Numbered from the stretch's first letter, positions 9,941-19,362 are shown. The stretch: DNA of 64,000 nucleotides from Candidatus Woesearchaeota archaeon (GCA_018302985.1 JAGVZA010000001.1:10919-74918); one strand, 5' to 3'. Made by a program: numbers and translations. Notes: generated by a model not told the origin, from the sequence alone.

Positions 9941-11227
9941 ATGGCAAAAACAAAACCACACATTAACGTTATCTTCGTTGGTCACGTTGACCACGGAAAG
10001 TCTACTACAGTTGGACGTCTGATGTACGATTCTGGTAACATCGACGAGCAAGCTATGAGAAAGCTCAAGGAAAAAGCTCAGCAATTAGGTAAAGCTGGTT
10101 TCGAATTCGCGTTCATTATGGATAATCTAAAAGAAGAGCAAGAACGTGGTGTAACCATTGACTTGTCCTATCAAAAATTCTTAACAGACAAATTCGAAGT
10201 AACAATTATCGATGCTCCTGGACACAAGGACTTCGTTAAAAACATGATTACAGGTGCTTCCCAAGCTGATTGTGCATTCTTAGTATGTGCAGCTCCAGAT
10301 GGTATTATGGCACAAACAAAAGAACATATTTGGTTACTCAAAACCTTAGGTGTACAGCAAATAGCAGTCGTAGTCAACAAGATGGATGTAGTCAAATATG
10401 ACCAAGCTAAATTCGACGCTGTAGTTGCTGACTTAAAGAAATTAGCAGCCATGGTGGGATTCAAAGCTGAGAACATCCAATTTATCCCAACAAGTTCCTA
10501 CAATGGTGACAATGTTGTTAAGAAATCTGTTAACATGCCATGGTACACAGGCCCAACTATCAGAGAACAATTAGACTTGTTCAAGGAACCTGAAAAGCCA
10601 GTCACTTTACCATTGCGTATGCCAATTCAAGATGTATACAACATCCCAGGTATTGGTGTCGTTCCAGTAGGTAGAATTGAAACTGGTAAGATGAAGACTA
10701 ACGATAAGATCATCGTAGTTCCTGCTAGAGACGGTAAAGGTATCAAGGGTGAAGTTAAATCCATCGAAATGCACCATGAAGTTGTTGCAGAAGCTATTGC
10801 TGGTGACAACATTGGTTTCAACGTTCGTGGTATCACCAAAAAAGATATCGCACGTGGTGACGTATTAGGTCCTGAATCTAATCCGCCTACAGTATGTTCT
10901 GAATTCACAGCACAAATTGTAGTCTTAAACCACCCAACCGTTATCACTAAAGGTTACACGCCAGTCTTCCACATCCACACATCTCAAGTAGCATGTCAAA
11001 TTGTGGAAATTGTGAAGAAATTAGATCCGGCAACTGGTCAAGTATTACAAGAAAACCCTGACTTCATCAAGAATGGTGATGCAGCTATTATCAAAGTAAG
11101 ACCAACAAAACCACTAGTCATTGAACGCCAAAAAGATATTCCACACATGGCTCGTTTTGCAGTTCGTGATGCTGGTTCAACAGTCGCTGCAGGTATGTGT
11201 ATTGACTTAGTGCCTAAGGTATTATAA
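9941..11227 (+). CDS. tuf: translation elongation factor aEF-1alpha
   Basis: [14 protein letters not shown] and NKMD motifs; 428 aa. Confidence 0.97.
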   Translation: MAKTKPHINVIFVGHVDHGKSTTVGRLMYDSGNIDEQAMRKLKEKAQQLGKAGFEFAFIMDNLKEEQERGVTIDLSYQKFLTDKFEVTIIDAPGHKDFVKNMITGASQADCAFLVCAAPDGIMAQTKEHIWLLKTLGVQQIAVVVNKMDVVKYDQAKFDAVVADLKKLAAMVGFKAENIQFIPTSSYNGDNVVKKSVNMPWYTGPTIREQLDLFKEPEKPVTLPLRMPIQDVYNIPGIGVVPVGRIETGKMKTNDKIIVVPARDGKGIKGEVKSIEMHHEVVAEAIAGDNIGFNVRGITKKDIARGDVLGPESNPPTVCSEFTAQIVVLNHPTVITKGYTPVFHIHTSQVACQIVEIVKKLDPATGQVLQENPDFIKNGDAAIIKVRPTKPLVIERQKDIPHMARFAVRDAGSTVAAGMCIDLVPKVL

Positions 11228-11319
11228 GAAGGTATTTTTCCTTCTTTTTTTCTCATTCTTTTTGTTTTCCATTTTAGAGCACACCTATTAAGAAACTACA
11301 GGAAATAACAAAGAAAACA

Positions 11320-11622
11320 ATGTTCCCAGCAAAAGGTCCTAAATATATTTTCATGTTAGAAGAAAGTATGAGGTATGTAGATGCAGAAGGAAATAAAACA
11401 AGAAATGAAGATCATAGATACACTCATGCACATGAACTAGTAAGAGAAATTTTATGCAAATCACAACCATTTACAGGCATAGTCACTGGCTATGAACCAA
11501 AGGGAAGAAGAGCTTTAGTTTGTTGTAGCAGAGCCCTTGATGAACAAGTCAGAGAAGAGTTGAAAGCTAGGACAAAAGGAATTGTAGCTAGAATAGAATT
11601 AAATGGCGCAGTGAGGAAATAA
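11320..11622 (+). CDS. hypothetical protein (lineage-specific insert between tuf and rps10)
   Basis: 100-aa ORF with no motif I recognise. All of its Arg codons are AGA/AGG, unlike the CGT-rich neighbours. Confidence 0.5.
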   Translation: MFPAKGPKYIFMLEESMRYVDAEGNKTRNEDHRYTHAHELVREILCKSQPFTGIVTGYEPKGRRALVCCSRALDEQVREELKARTKGIVARIELNGAVRK

Positions 11623-11624
11623 CA

Positions 11625-12014
11625 ATGACAACCAACGATATACCAGTAATAAAAGTAACAGTAAATTATAATAAAGACTTACAATATAGAGATTTCCATA
11701 CTGGAGATCGTTTATTAACAGGAGATCGAACAATGCCATTTGCTTCAGTCCAGCAAAGACTAGGAGAAATTGTAACAGATCCAAAATATGTACCTTTAGT
11801 TCATGATGGGCCTACGCATAATAGAAGTACAAGTGTTTTTCACTTTTATGGAAGAGAGTTAATGACTCGACCTGAAAAAGAATTATTGGAACAATGTCTT
11901 GCTGATCTCAAAATGTTAGGAAAAGTTGATACTCATAAGGTCGATGGTCAGGTACAGCGAAAGGGTCATGCTAAACCTCTAGAAGGGCGTTTAGTCGAAG
12001 ATCAACTGGAATAA
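11625..12014 (+). CDS. hypothetical protein (lineage-specific insert between tuf and rps10)
   Basis: 129-aa ORF starting 2 nt after the previous stop, which suggests co-transcription. Confidence 0.5.
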   Translation: MTTNDIPVIKVTVNYNKDLQYRDFHTGDRLLTGDRTMPFASVQQRLGEIVTDPKYVPLVHDGPTHNRSTSVFHFYGRELMTRPEKELLEQCLADLKMLGKVDTHKVDGQVQRKGHAKPLEGRLVEDQLE

Positions 12015-12023
12015 TCAGAAACC

Positions 12024-12031
12024 TTTATAAA
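12024..12031 (+). promoter_or_regulatory. TATA box upstream of rps10
   Basis: aaccTTTATAAAtc lies 22 nt upstream of ATG 12054, implying a near-leaderless transcript. Confidence 0.55.
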
Positions 12032-12053
12032 TCGTTTTCCTTGTCTTCTTCCT

Positions 12054-12362
12054 ATGTCAAAAGCACGTATCAGCTTATCGAGCATCAATGTAGACAAAAT
12101 TAATCAGGTCTGCACTAGCATCAAAGATATCGCTGAAAAAACCAAGACAAAAATGTCAGGTCCAGTAACTTTGCCAACAAAACGCCTCAAGCACACTACA
12201 AGAAAAACACCCTGTGGTAATGGTAAAGCTTCTTTTGACAATTTCGAAATGCGTATTCATAAAAGACTTATTGAACTAGGTATTGACGAACGTGCTCTGC
12301 GTTTAGTAATGCGTGTTCCTATTCCAGAAGATGTGAATATTGAAATTGAAATGTTTGAGTAA
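12054..12362 (+). CDS. rps10: 30S ribosomal protein S10
   Basis: 102 aa with ARISLSS..VD and PLPTKRLK-type S10 motifs, in the canonical position after tuf. Confidence 0.93.
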   Translation: MSKARISLSSINVDKINQVCTSIKDIAEKTKTKMSGPVTLPTKRLKHTTRKTPCGNGKASFDNFEMRIHKRLIELGIDERALRLVMRVPIPEDVNIEIEMFE

Positions 12363-12386
12363 GCAGTAATAACTTATAGTGATCAC

Positions 12387-13670
12387 ATGGGTACTCGTGG
12401 ACATCATAGACAAACAGGAAATTCTCTAGAACATAAGATTAAAAAGTTACAACAACAACTATTGGGAGATGTTGCCCAGGGAAAACCCATAACGGGTCAT
12501 GAAGATATTACAGAAGTACTACAACAAAGCCATCCTGCTTTCGGTGGAAAGCTTTTTAGAAAAGCCTATCAACTTATTCGAAAAGCCATTGGTGATGATT
12601 ATACCTTATTTGCTTCTTTGGCAGGTCCTATAACTGCTTCAGATTATGCTCGTACGTGGGTAGTTCCATTTATACAACAAGGATATCTGAGTGCTTTCAC
12701 TGCTTCTGACGCTATCTCATACCATGATGCACATGACGCAGTCGAAGGAAAAAGAAGAATTCATGATGTTGATTTACATGGCGATGATGGACAATATCGA
12801 GATGGACAAGTTATTCGTATAACAGACATCGGTTTTCCAGAAGAAGTATTATTTAATACAGATAAATTCATGACTTATCTCTTTACACTGCCAGAATTCC
12901 AGCGAAAGATGACTACGACAGAATATCGTTGGTTATTAGGAAAACATTTGCATGCTCTTGAAGAGAAGAGAAAAATTCCTCATGGTTTGTTAGCAACAGC
13001 ATATGCCTACGATGTACCTGCTTTCTGTCCTTCACCTGCTGATGGTTCTTCATTCTTAAATGCAATGAAATTATGGGTCATGCAAGAAAGGTTAGGAGAA
13101 AAGTTACCTCATAAATTCAAGCTAGAAATCGATTTGCCAAAAGACGTGTATGAATTCTGTGCTTATCATCTCTGGGGTCAAAAAAAAGAAGGAAATAAAG
13201 AATTAGCATATATTGTGTGTGGTGGTGGAGCTGTAAAAAATTATTTATTGCAACCAGAACCAGCATTGGAACAGATCTTATTTGTACCTGCTAAGAAATA
13301 TCAAATCGGTGTGCAAATGACAACAGCACCAGTAACTGATGGAAGTCTCAGCAGCTGTTTCCCTTCTGAAGCAATTAGTTGGGGAAAACTGCAGAAAGAT
13401 GCTCTCACAGTTTCAGTTCCGGCAGACTATACTATGTTAATGGGTGTTATTGCTCATGCTATTCTCAAAGAAAGAAATGTGTATGCAGAAGCATTAGCAA
13501 CGACATTTAAAGGAGATAAAGAAAAATTATACAAAGCACATCCACAAGCAAAAGGTTTCTTAAGAGAACCGAGAAGACTCTTCGGAAAGAGAGAACAAGC
13601 TTTACAACTGCTAGATAAGGAAGCTAAAAAACATCTCACAGAAATGAGAGAAACACTCTTGTGGGAGTAA
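12387..13670 (+). CDS. dys: deoxyhypusine synthase family protein (long, divergent)
   Basis: LAGPITAS..., VCGGGAVKNY and TDGSLSSCFPSEAISWGKL match DHS motifs, including the catalytic-Lys context (EAvSWGK). 427 aa is longer than usual. Confidence 0.65.
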   Translation: MGTRGHHRQTGNSLEHKIKKLQQQLLGDVAQGKPITGHEDITEVLQQSHPAFGGKLFRKAYQLIRKAIGDDYTLFASLAGPITASDYARTWVVPFIQQGYLSAFTASDAISYHDAHDAVEGKRRIHDVDLHGDDGQYRDGQVIRITDIGFPEEVLFNTDKFMTYLFTLPEFQRKMTTTEYRWLLGKHLHALEEKRKIPHGLLATAYAYDVPAFCPSPADGSSFLNAMKLWVMQERLGEKLPHKFKLEIDLPKDVYEFCAYHLWGQKKEGNKELAYIVCGGGAVKNYLLQPEPALEQILFVPAKKYQIGVQMTTAPVTDGSLSSCFPSEAISWGKLQKDALTVSVPADYTMLMGVIAHAILKERNVYAEALATTFKGDKEKLYKAHPQAKGFLREPRRLFGKREQALQLLDKEAKKHLTEMRETLLWE

Positions 13671-13898
13671 ATGTTTGAATAAATAGATAAAACACCAGAT
13701 CAAGCTAAACCTATGGAGTAATCTGTATGTTTATTTTCGACATGTAGTATGTCGCCAACAAAATTTGTCAGCATATTTACCAGATCCTAGACAAGGTGCT
13801 CCGCTTTTATCCTGGCCTAGACACTTCTTTTCCTCAACCATACCTCAGAGAAAAGAGGGAGAAATTCTTAAATACAAGTACCCCCGTAGGGGACTACT

Positions 13899-14657
13899 AT
13901 GTACACTAGTGCATTATTAGAAGCAGGCTTAACGAAGTCAGAAACAAAAGTCTATCTGGCATTATTAAGAAATGGAGAATTAACAAAAACTCCCTTAGTA
14001 AAAGAAGCTAAAATTTCTCCATCAAAAGTCTATGACGTGTTGAACAAGTTAAAGGAAAAGGGATTGGTCAGTGAGATCATTAAAAGAAATATTAAACATT
14101 TCAATGCTGCACAACCCATAAAGATCAAGGAATATCTGCAAAATAAGAGAATAGCAATTAACGATGCTGAAAAAAAAATCCAAAAAATTCTCCCCAATCT
14201 CCTGTCTCTAGAAAAAACAAAGAGCATGCAGCCAGAAGTAAGCACCTTCTTTGGATGGGAAGGATTAGGAACTGTCTATGAAACGCTTATTGAAAAGGCA
14301 AAACCACAAAGTGCATGGATAGTCATAGGTGGTAGTCAAGGGGAAGATCAGGAAAGGACTGAGAGATTTTTCAGCAAATATTCAAGAATGGCTTATCAAA
14401 AAGGTATGCAAATTCGCATTCTCTTCGATGAAACTGCAAGAGCCTATGTAAAAAACCTGGAAAAAAGAATAGGAAAGCCTCATAACAAAAGATTCATTTT
14501 TGAGAGAAAAACTCCAACTGAAGTCGCAGTCATAGAAGATACAACACTTATAATTATTCTCCGTAAAGATCCTGTAACTATCAGAATTATCAATCAGGAA
14601 ACTGCAGATTCATTCAAGCAATACTTTGAAGAGTTATGGAAATCAGGACGTCCCTAA
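13899..14657 (+). CDS. TrmB-family transcriptional regulator
   Basis: LLEAGLTKSETKVYLALLRNG..PSKVYDVLNKLKEKGLV N-terminal wHTH. 252 aa, same architecture as the other paralogues. Confidence 0.85.
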   Translation: MYTSALLEAGLTKSETKVYLALLRNGELTKTPLVKEAKISPSKVYDVLNKLKEKGLVSEIIKRNIKHFNAAQPIKIKEYLQNKRIAINDAEKKIQKILPNLLSLEKTKSMQPEVSTFFGWEGLGTVYETLIEKAKPQSAWIVIGGSQGEDQERTERFFSKYSRMAYQKGMQIRILFDETARAYVKNLEKRIGKPHNKRFIFERKTPTEVAVIEDTTLIIILRKDPVTIRIINQETADSFKQYFEELWKSGRP

Positions 14658-14673
14658 AATTCCCAGAAGAACG

Positions 14674-14681
14674 TTTATAAA
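14674..14681 (+). promoter_or_regulatory. TATA box for tRNA-Ser
   Basis: acgTTTATAAAgt ends 23 nt before the tRNA 5' end. Confidence 0.6.
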
Positions 14682-14704
14682 GTGTTTTTTGATCATGAGT
14701 GTGT

Positions 14705-14787
14705 GCCGCGATCGCATAACCCGGTATTGCACAAGCCTGGAAAGCTTGACCCGCAAGGGTATCCCGGTTCAAATCCGGGTCGCGGCG
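14705..14787 (+). tRNA. tRNA-Ser (anticodon GGA), long variable arm, no encoded CCA
   Basis: Acceptor GCCGCGA/TCGCGGC. Anticodon stem CAAGC/GCTTG with loop CTGGAAA. Variable arm CCCGCAAGGG. T arm CCCGG-TTCAAAT-CCGGG. Discriminator G. Confidence 0.9.
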
Positions 14788-14836
14788 TATTCTATTCTTG
14801 TAAAAGTTACTAAATCTTTAGAGTGCCTCTAACATC

Positions 14837-15538
14837 TTAAACTTCCGCTTGTTTCCAAAGTAATTTGAAATGTTTTTTATAGGTCTCTGTAAACTGTTTG
14901 CTTTTAATGAGTATTGCTCTCATGTCTGGTTCCCAGATGATTTGCAATGTTTTTCCTCCATACAGATGTACTTCTATAGGACTGATGAACTCTTGTTGGA
15001 GAAAACGTTGTTGCATAGCTTTTGGAAGTGTGGTGATGCGTCTTGTGTAGATCAGTTGATAGGGGATTTTTTGTTTTACAACGCTTTGAATGAATTGTTC
15101 ACGAAAAATAGGGATTTTTTCTTTTAGTTTTGCACTAATTCCAAAGGCAAACACTGGTTTTTTCTCTCTGAGGATGTCCTTATATGCTGCTATAATTCCT
15201 TGTTTTCCTTGGAATATCTCTATGTCTATTTCTTCTTTCTTTTGATGATATAAGTGACTAAGTTCTGGGAGGAGTACGTTAATAGTATCATGTTGGTTAT
15301 CAAGATAGTTATGGAGATTATGAGGATCTGCTGCTTTGAAGTAGTTAGCATTTCCTTCTTTGTAAAAAGTCACTAAACCCTTTTCTTTAAGTTTTTCCAT
15401 AACATCATAGATGTTGGTGCGATGAAATCCTGTTGCTTGTGCTATCTCTCTTGCTGTTGCTGTTTTGAGTTTGAGAAGAGTGAAGTAGAGTTTGCTTTCT
15501 GGTTTGGTAAGTCCGGGGATGATTTGTTCTTCTATCAT
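14837..15538 (-). CDS. TrmB-family transcriptional regulator
   Basis: PGLTKPESKLYFTLLKLKTATAREIAQATGFHRTNIYDVMEKLKEKGLV. 233 aa, convergent with the 13899 paralogue across the tRNA-Ser gene. Confidence 0.85.
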   Translation of the reverse strand: MIEEQIIPGLTKPESKLYFTLLKLKTATAREIAQATGFHRTNIYDVMEKLKEKGLVTFYKEGNANYFKAADPHNLHNYLDNQHDTINVLLPELSHLYHQKKEEIDIEIFQGKQGIIAAYKDILREKKPVFAFGISAKLKEKIPIFREQFIQSVVKQKIPYQLIYTRRITTLPKAMQQRFLQQEFISPIEVHLYGGKTLQIIWEPDMRAILIKSKQFTETYKKHFKLLWKQAEV

Positions 15539-15621
15539 AGTAGTGTCTAAAAATAGACAGATAGTATTTAAATATATGTTTTTCCTTCAGTAAAGAAAGG
15601 GAAAGGGGCGTAGGAGAAAAA

Positions 15622-15882
15622 ATGGACGACGAAGACAAACTTAGAGAATTATTCAGAAATCCTCAGAGTGCTGATGACCTAGTAACACGAGTAAGAAAAA
15701 TAGGGAATATTAAAGATAAATCTCTTATTGATCCTTCAGAGTTTAAAATGCTAATCGTAGCTGGAGCAGAGTTGGTTAGAGGGAATAGGCCAGAAGCAGG
15801 GGCTTATCTGCAAGAAGTAAAATATAAAGGAATAATTTTTCAAACATACACTGAAGAGGAACTAGATTACAATGACAACTGA
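15622..15882 (+). CDS. hypothetical protein
   Basis: 86-aa ORF that overlaps the next ORF by 11 nt. Confidence 0.45.
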   Translation: MDDEDKLRELFRNPQSADDLVTRVRKIGNIKDKSLIDPSEFKMLIVAGAELVRGNRPEAGAYLQEVKYKGIIFQTYTEEELDYNDN

Positions 15883-16246
15883 AAATGAAAACGAACAATT
15901 ACTAGAAAAATTGGTGGATTTTTTGACTAGACAAGGTTTTGATGTAATGCCAAGTGGTGAAGGACTGTTGAGGAAATTTGTTAGAGTGGGTGATTTTTTT
16001 AAGTTACGTCAGCCTGAGTGGAGAGGTGTTTCTTTAGTTGCTTGTTGTGGAAGGAATGGTTATGAGTTACGCCCATCTCAGACAGATTTGTTGGTAGAAC
16101 TTAGTCGTTCAGGAGTTACTATAGTTCACAAAGATTCAACTATTGATGCATATATCCCTCTTGGAGCGGATAAGATAGGTGTTATTCGGTTAAAATATCT
16201 AATGCCACATATAGAGAGGGAATTGGATAGGGCTTGGGGAGGATAG
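15872..16246 (+). CDS. hypothetical protein
   Basis: 124-aa ORF overlapping the upstream ORF (two-gene module). No confident motif. Confidence 0.45.
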   Translation: MTTENENEQLLEKLVDFLTRQGFDVMPSGEGLLRKFVRVGDFFKLRQPEWRGVSLVACCGRNGYELRPSQTDLLVELSRSGVTIVHKDSTIDAYIPLGADKIGVIRLKYLMPHIERELDRAWGG

Positions 16247-16261
16247 TAAATAAGAAAAAAC

Positions 16262-16528
16262 CTATCTTTCTCCATCAGGCATCAAAACACTGGCAAAAGC
16301 AAAGACAACGCTCAAAAAAAGCAAAATAACTGGTGCCATCTGGACAGTCTCTTCTATCGAAACTGGTTTATGAATACTGGCAGTAATTTTTTCAATTAAC
16401 GGTCGATCATCCACAACTGCTTGCCCAGTAATACCATCAGGAGTATCTTGTAAAAGCTCAGGATTATAGAACAAATACATGCTAGCTCCAAAAAATAGCA
16501 TGCTGAGCAATAAGAATAAACCTCTCAT
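16262..16528 (-). CDS. small membrane protein (N- and C-terminal TM segments)
   Basis: Hydrophobic stretches LFLLLSMLFFGASMYLF and APVILLFLSVVFAFASVL. Confidence 0.5.
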   Translation of the reverse strand: MRGLFLLLSMLFFGASMYLFYNPELLQDTPDGITGQAVVDDRPLIEKITASIHKPVSIEETVQMAPVILLFLSVVFAFASVLMPDGER

Positions 16529-16576
16529 AGCAAAAGGAAAGAGAAATATCTATTTAAAGATTGAGGTGAAAGAGAG

Positions 16577-17473
16577 TTAGAGGAGAGTTAGAAGAGTTGC
16601 TTTCTCACGTGCTATCCTTTGATGATCTTGTTGTCGAATGCCTTGGTTGACTAATTTCCTAGCACCTATAGCTGCACGATAAACACGAACGCGTTCAACA
16701 TCACATCCTTTATAGTGATCATAAAAAGTAGTCATTCTCGATTGAAATTCAGGATGAGTATTTGCAAAAGAAGCAAGATCATAGTGAGGATCGCCGCCCA
16801 AAGATTCAGCAGCATCGAGAACTCCAGTAACTGTATCGCCTTGAACTAAATAATTAAAACCATGGAGATCACCATGTAATAAAGAAGGTTTAGAAGGAGT
16901 AAGAGAAGGTAAAGCAGTCATGAGAAGTTTTTCTAGTTTTGCAAACTCTTGGGAAGAAAGAACAGGTGAATCTCGAAGAGTAAGAAAAGCATGTCCAAAA
17001 GTATTTTCAAGTAAAGCAGTCCAGGTAATTGCTTTTTTTCTGTCTTTAATATAGCCATAATGGCTACAAGTAACACTATGTAAACGTTGAAAGAGTTCTG
17101 CCATATGTGTTAGAAAAGTATCTTGTTCTTGAGAAGAAAGGGGTGTGTCTGTATGATGATAACCAGGCATCCGTTGTTCAACGCAATGATCAGAATCAAA
17201 GAAAAAGACTTCGGGAGCAGGAACGCCTAGAGAGCGCCATTGATTAGTAGCCCAAAAATGAGCAAAGAAACTAGAAAAAGAATCTTTCTCGGTTCGTCGT
17301 ACTTTGACTACTACAGGACCAATAGAAGGTACTTCTGCTGTATAAGCATAAGTAACAGTGCCATAAGGAATAAAGTGAATAGTATCATGATTAGGGAGAG
17401 TTCCAAAAACAGAAGCCAAAATGCTCTGGATAGCAAGAGTGCTAGGGCGATGAGATTTTACAGTTGGTGGCAT
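16577..17473 (-). CDS. aminoglycoside/choline-kinase-like phosphotransferase (APH family)
   Basis: LLHGDLHGFNYLV..GVLDAAESLGGDPHYDLA matches the APH catalytic and activation-loop pattern. Confidence 0.7.
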   Translation of the reverse strand: MPPTVKSHRPSTLAIQSILASVFGTLPNHDTIHFIPYGTVTYAYTAEVPSIGPVVVKVRRTEKDSFSSFFAHFWATNQWRSLGVPAPEVFFFDSDHCVEQRMPGYHHTDTPLSSQEQDTFLTHMAELFQRLHSVTCSHYGYIKDRKKAITWTALLENTFGHAFLTLRDSPVLSSQEFAKLEKLLMTALPSLTPSKPSLLHGDLHGFNYLVQGDTVTGVLDAAESLGGDPHYDLASFANTHPEFQSRMTTFYDHYKGCDVERVRVYRAAIGARKLVNQGIRQQDHQRIAREKATLLTLL

Positions 17474-17606
17474 AGATATTAGTTTTAAGGTGGATTTATA
17501 AGTCTTATTGATAAAAACATATAGTAAATATATAGTATAAATAAAGAGAGAAAGGATTTATATATTGATATAAAAATATGTTAGTATCAAACATTAGGAA
17601 AACACG

Positions 17607-18065
17607 ATGACTACTGAGACTCAAACTAAAGAGCAAGGAAGTTTAACTTCAAGACTAGCTGGAGTTGTTGCTGGTATGAATCTAGCTGCTGGAACTCTTG
17701 CCTGTATGGACCATCCGATATTATTCCCTTATGTTGCTATGGGTGCTGTTATTGGTAGTGCTCTTGCTCATGATGGTGTTACAATTACAAAGGCGGCAGG
17801 CGGTATCACTATTGGACTTGCTGTTACAGTAGTTACTGGTCTTAATAATTTTCTTAGTGGCAAGAATATTGAAAATATTGTTAGTGGTCTTGCTACTGGT
17901 GTTGGTGTGGCTGTTCCTCTTGCTATCGCCACTGCTGACAAATATTTACAGAATAGATATGATCTAAAAGAGGCTCGTAATAGAATGTCAAATTTTGCTA
18001 AATCTGCATGTTTAACTACTGTACTCTTAACAAGCTCCTATTTTGTAACCAGAAATTTAATATAA
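17607..18065 (+). CDS. Gly/Ala-rich multi-TM membrane protein (MTTE family, paralogue of 30507-31049)
   Basis: N terminus MTTETQTKEQGSLTSRLAGVVAG..C..P..PYV aligns with MTTTEPLVTQDQGNLVSKLAGLAVG..C..P..PYV of the 30507 ORF. Confidence 0.6.
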   Translation: MTTETQTKEQGSLTSRLAGVVAGMNLAAGTLACMDHPILFPYVAMGAVIGSALAHDGVTITKAAGGITIGLAVTVVTGLNNFLSGKNIENIVSGLATGVGVAVPLAIATADKYLQNRYDLKEARNRMSNFAKSACLTTVLLTSSYFVTRNLI

Positions 18066-18105
18066 CAGACGTCATTCTGCAATATCAAGGAGTTAAAAAC
18101 CGAAA

Positions 18106-18498
18106 ATGAAATTTGTAAAGAAGTCACTGGAAGGATTATTGCTTATTGCTAGTTTAACTTCCCCTTCAGAAGCAAATAAAAGATTCTATGAACCCCAACC
18201 AGTAGCAGTCCAAGAATATGGACATACAGAAGTCTATCCTAGGGGCATCCAAATGCTCGACGGAAAACCAGTAGTAGAGAGAAATAAATATCTAATAGGA
18301 GAAAATATTCTTGGTCTCTGTCATACTTATAGTGGTCTTATAGAAATTTTAGAAGGTTTAAGAGGAAGAGATCGAGAAAAAGTAGTAGAACATGAAATAG
18401 GTCATCGAGAAAATCCCATGCGGTCTGAAGATGAAAACAGAAGAAAAACATATACAGAAGAACCAAATATACATCCGATGGTGAGTTATCTTGGCTAA
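18106..18498 (+). CDS. small secreted protein with an HExxH motif
   Basis: Signal-like N terminus and VVEHEIGHRENP. Confidence 0.45.
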   Translation: MKFVKKSLEGLLLIASLTSPSEANKRFYEPQPVAVQEYGHTEVYPRGIQMLDGKPVVERNKYLIGENILGLCHTYSGLIEILEGLRGRDREKVVEHEIGHRENPMRSEDENRRKTYTEEPNIHPMVSYLG

Positions 18499-18796
18499 AG
18501 AATCATTCGCAGAAAAAGTGTATAGGATAACAAAGCAAATTCCAAAAGGAAAAGTAGCTAGTTACAAAGACATTGCTCATCAGCTCAACTGTAAAGCATA
18601 TCGTGCAGTCGGATCAGCCTTGAACAAAAATCCGCACGCGCCAATCGTTCCTTGTCATCGCGTTATTAATAGTAATGGACAATTAGGTGGATTTGCATTA
18701 GGATTAAAACAGAAAATAAAAATGCTCAAGAAAGAAGGAATAAATATGGAAAACGATAAAATAGACTTAGTAAAATTTGGTCATAAATGGTCATAG
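18491..18796 (+). CDS. MGMT-family protein (methylated-DNA-protein-cysteine methyltransferase DNA-binding domain only)
   Basis: YKDIA...AVGSALNKNP..PIVPCHRVINSNGQLGGF contains the PCHRV active-site motif. TTG start. 101 aa. Confidence 0.8.
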   Translation: MAKESFAEKVYRITKQIPKGKVASYKDIAHQLNCKAYRAVGSALNKNPHAPIVPCHRVINSNGQLGGFALGLKQKIKMLKKEGINMENDKIDLVKFGHKWS

Positions 18797-18855
18797 TCCA
18801 ACATAAGAGTTCTAGTGCCATAAAGTATTTATAAGAGAAAGAGAACAAAAGAAAC

Positions 18856-19308
18856 ATGTTAACAGGCATTCGTGTTCGGGAAATTATGAGAAACAAAGTA
18901 GCCTCGACAGCGGACAGCATGAGCATTATGGAATGCGCTCAAAAGATGGCTAAAGAGGAAGTAGGAAGTCTAGTAATAGAGCAAAATGGAAAAGTGCTGG
19001 GAATCATCACAGAACAGGACTTGGCTAGAAAAGCCCTTGCAAAAGGCTTAGACCCTAAAACTACAAAAGTAAGCCAATTAATGACAAAGAAAGTGCATAC
19101 TATTGGTCCAGATCAAGATATCTATGAGGCAGTTGTGAAGATGGGAAAAGAAAAAATAAAGCATTTGCCGGTAGTGGAACAAGAGACATTAAAAGGAATT
19201 ATTTCTTATAAAGATATTATCAAAATGCAGCCAGGATTGATAGAATTATTGTCCTTCAAGTCATCATTGCCAAAGCGCATGATGAAAAAAGTATTCTTCA
19301 ACAGATAA
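18856..19308 (+). CDS. CBS domain pair protein
   Basis: Two CBS-like repeats (VGSLVIEQNGKVLGIITEQDL; IKHLPVVEQETLKGIISYKDI). Confidence 0.8.
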   Translation: MLTGIRVREIMRNKVASTADSMSIMECAQKMAKEEVGSLVIEQNGKVLGIITEQDLARKALAKGLDPKTTKVSQLMTKKVHTIGPDQDIYEAVVKMGKEKIKHLPVVEQETLKGIISYKDIIKMQPGLIELLSFKSSLPKRMMKKVFFNR

Positions 19309-19328
19309 AAGTATAAAAAAGAAAAAGT

Positions 19329-19348
19329 GAGGAGCATGAAAACTCCTC
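19329..19348. terminator. bidirectional hairpin terminator between convergent genes
   Basis: GAGGAG-catgaaaa-CTCCTC forms a perfect 6-bp stem. It is flanked by an A-run on one side, which reads as a T-run on the minus strand. Confidence 0.5.
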
Positions 19349-19362
19349 GATAATGACGAGAA

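Noticed and set aside
13671-13898. Possible small RNA or regulatory element in the 228-nt gap before the second trmB gene
   Set aside because: Candidate elements are the hairpin CGACAT-GTAGT-ATGTCG, a direct repeat of CCTAGACA, and the stem AGTACCCC-CGTA-GGGGACT abutting the ATG. The stems are short, there is no promoter or terminator pairing, and nothing distinguishes them from chance in my reading. They are worth a look only if transcript data exist.
14626-14832. 68-aa ORF overlapping the tRNA-Ser gene
   Set aside because: The region folds into a complete tRNA cloverleaf with a promoter at the correct distance. The ORF is incidental.
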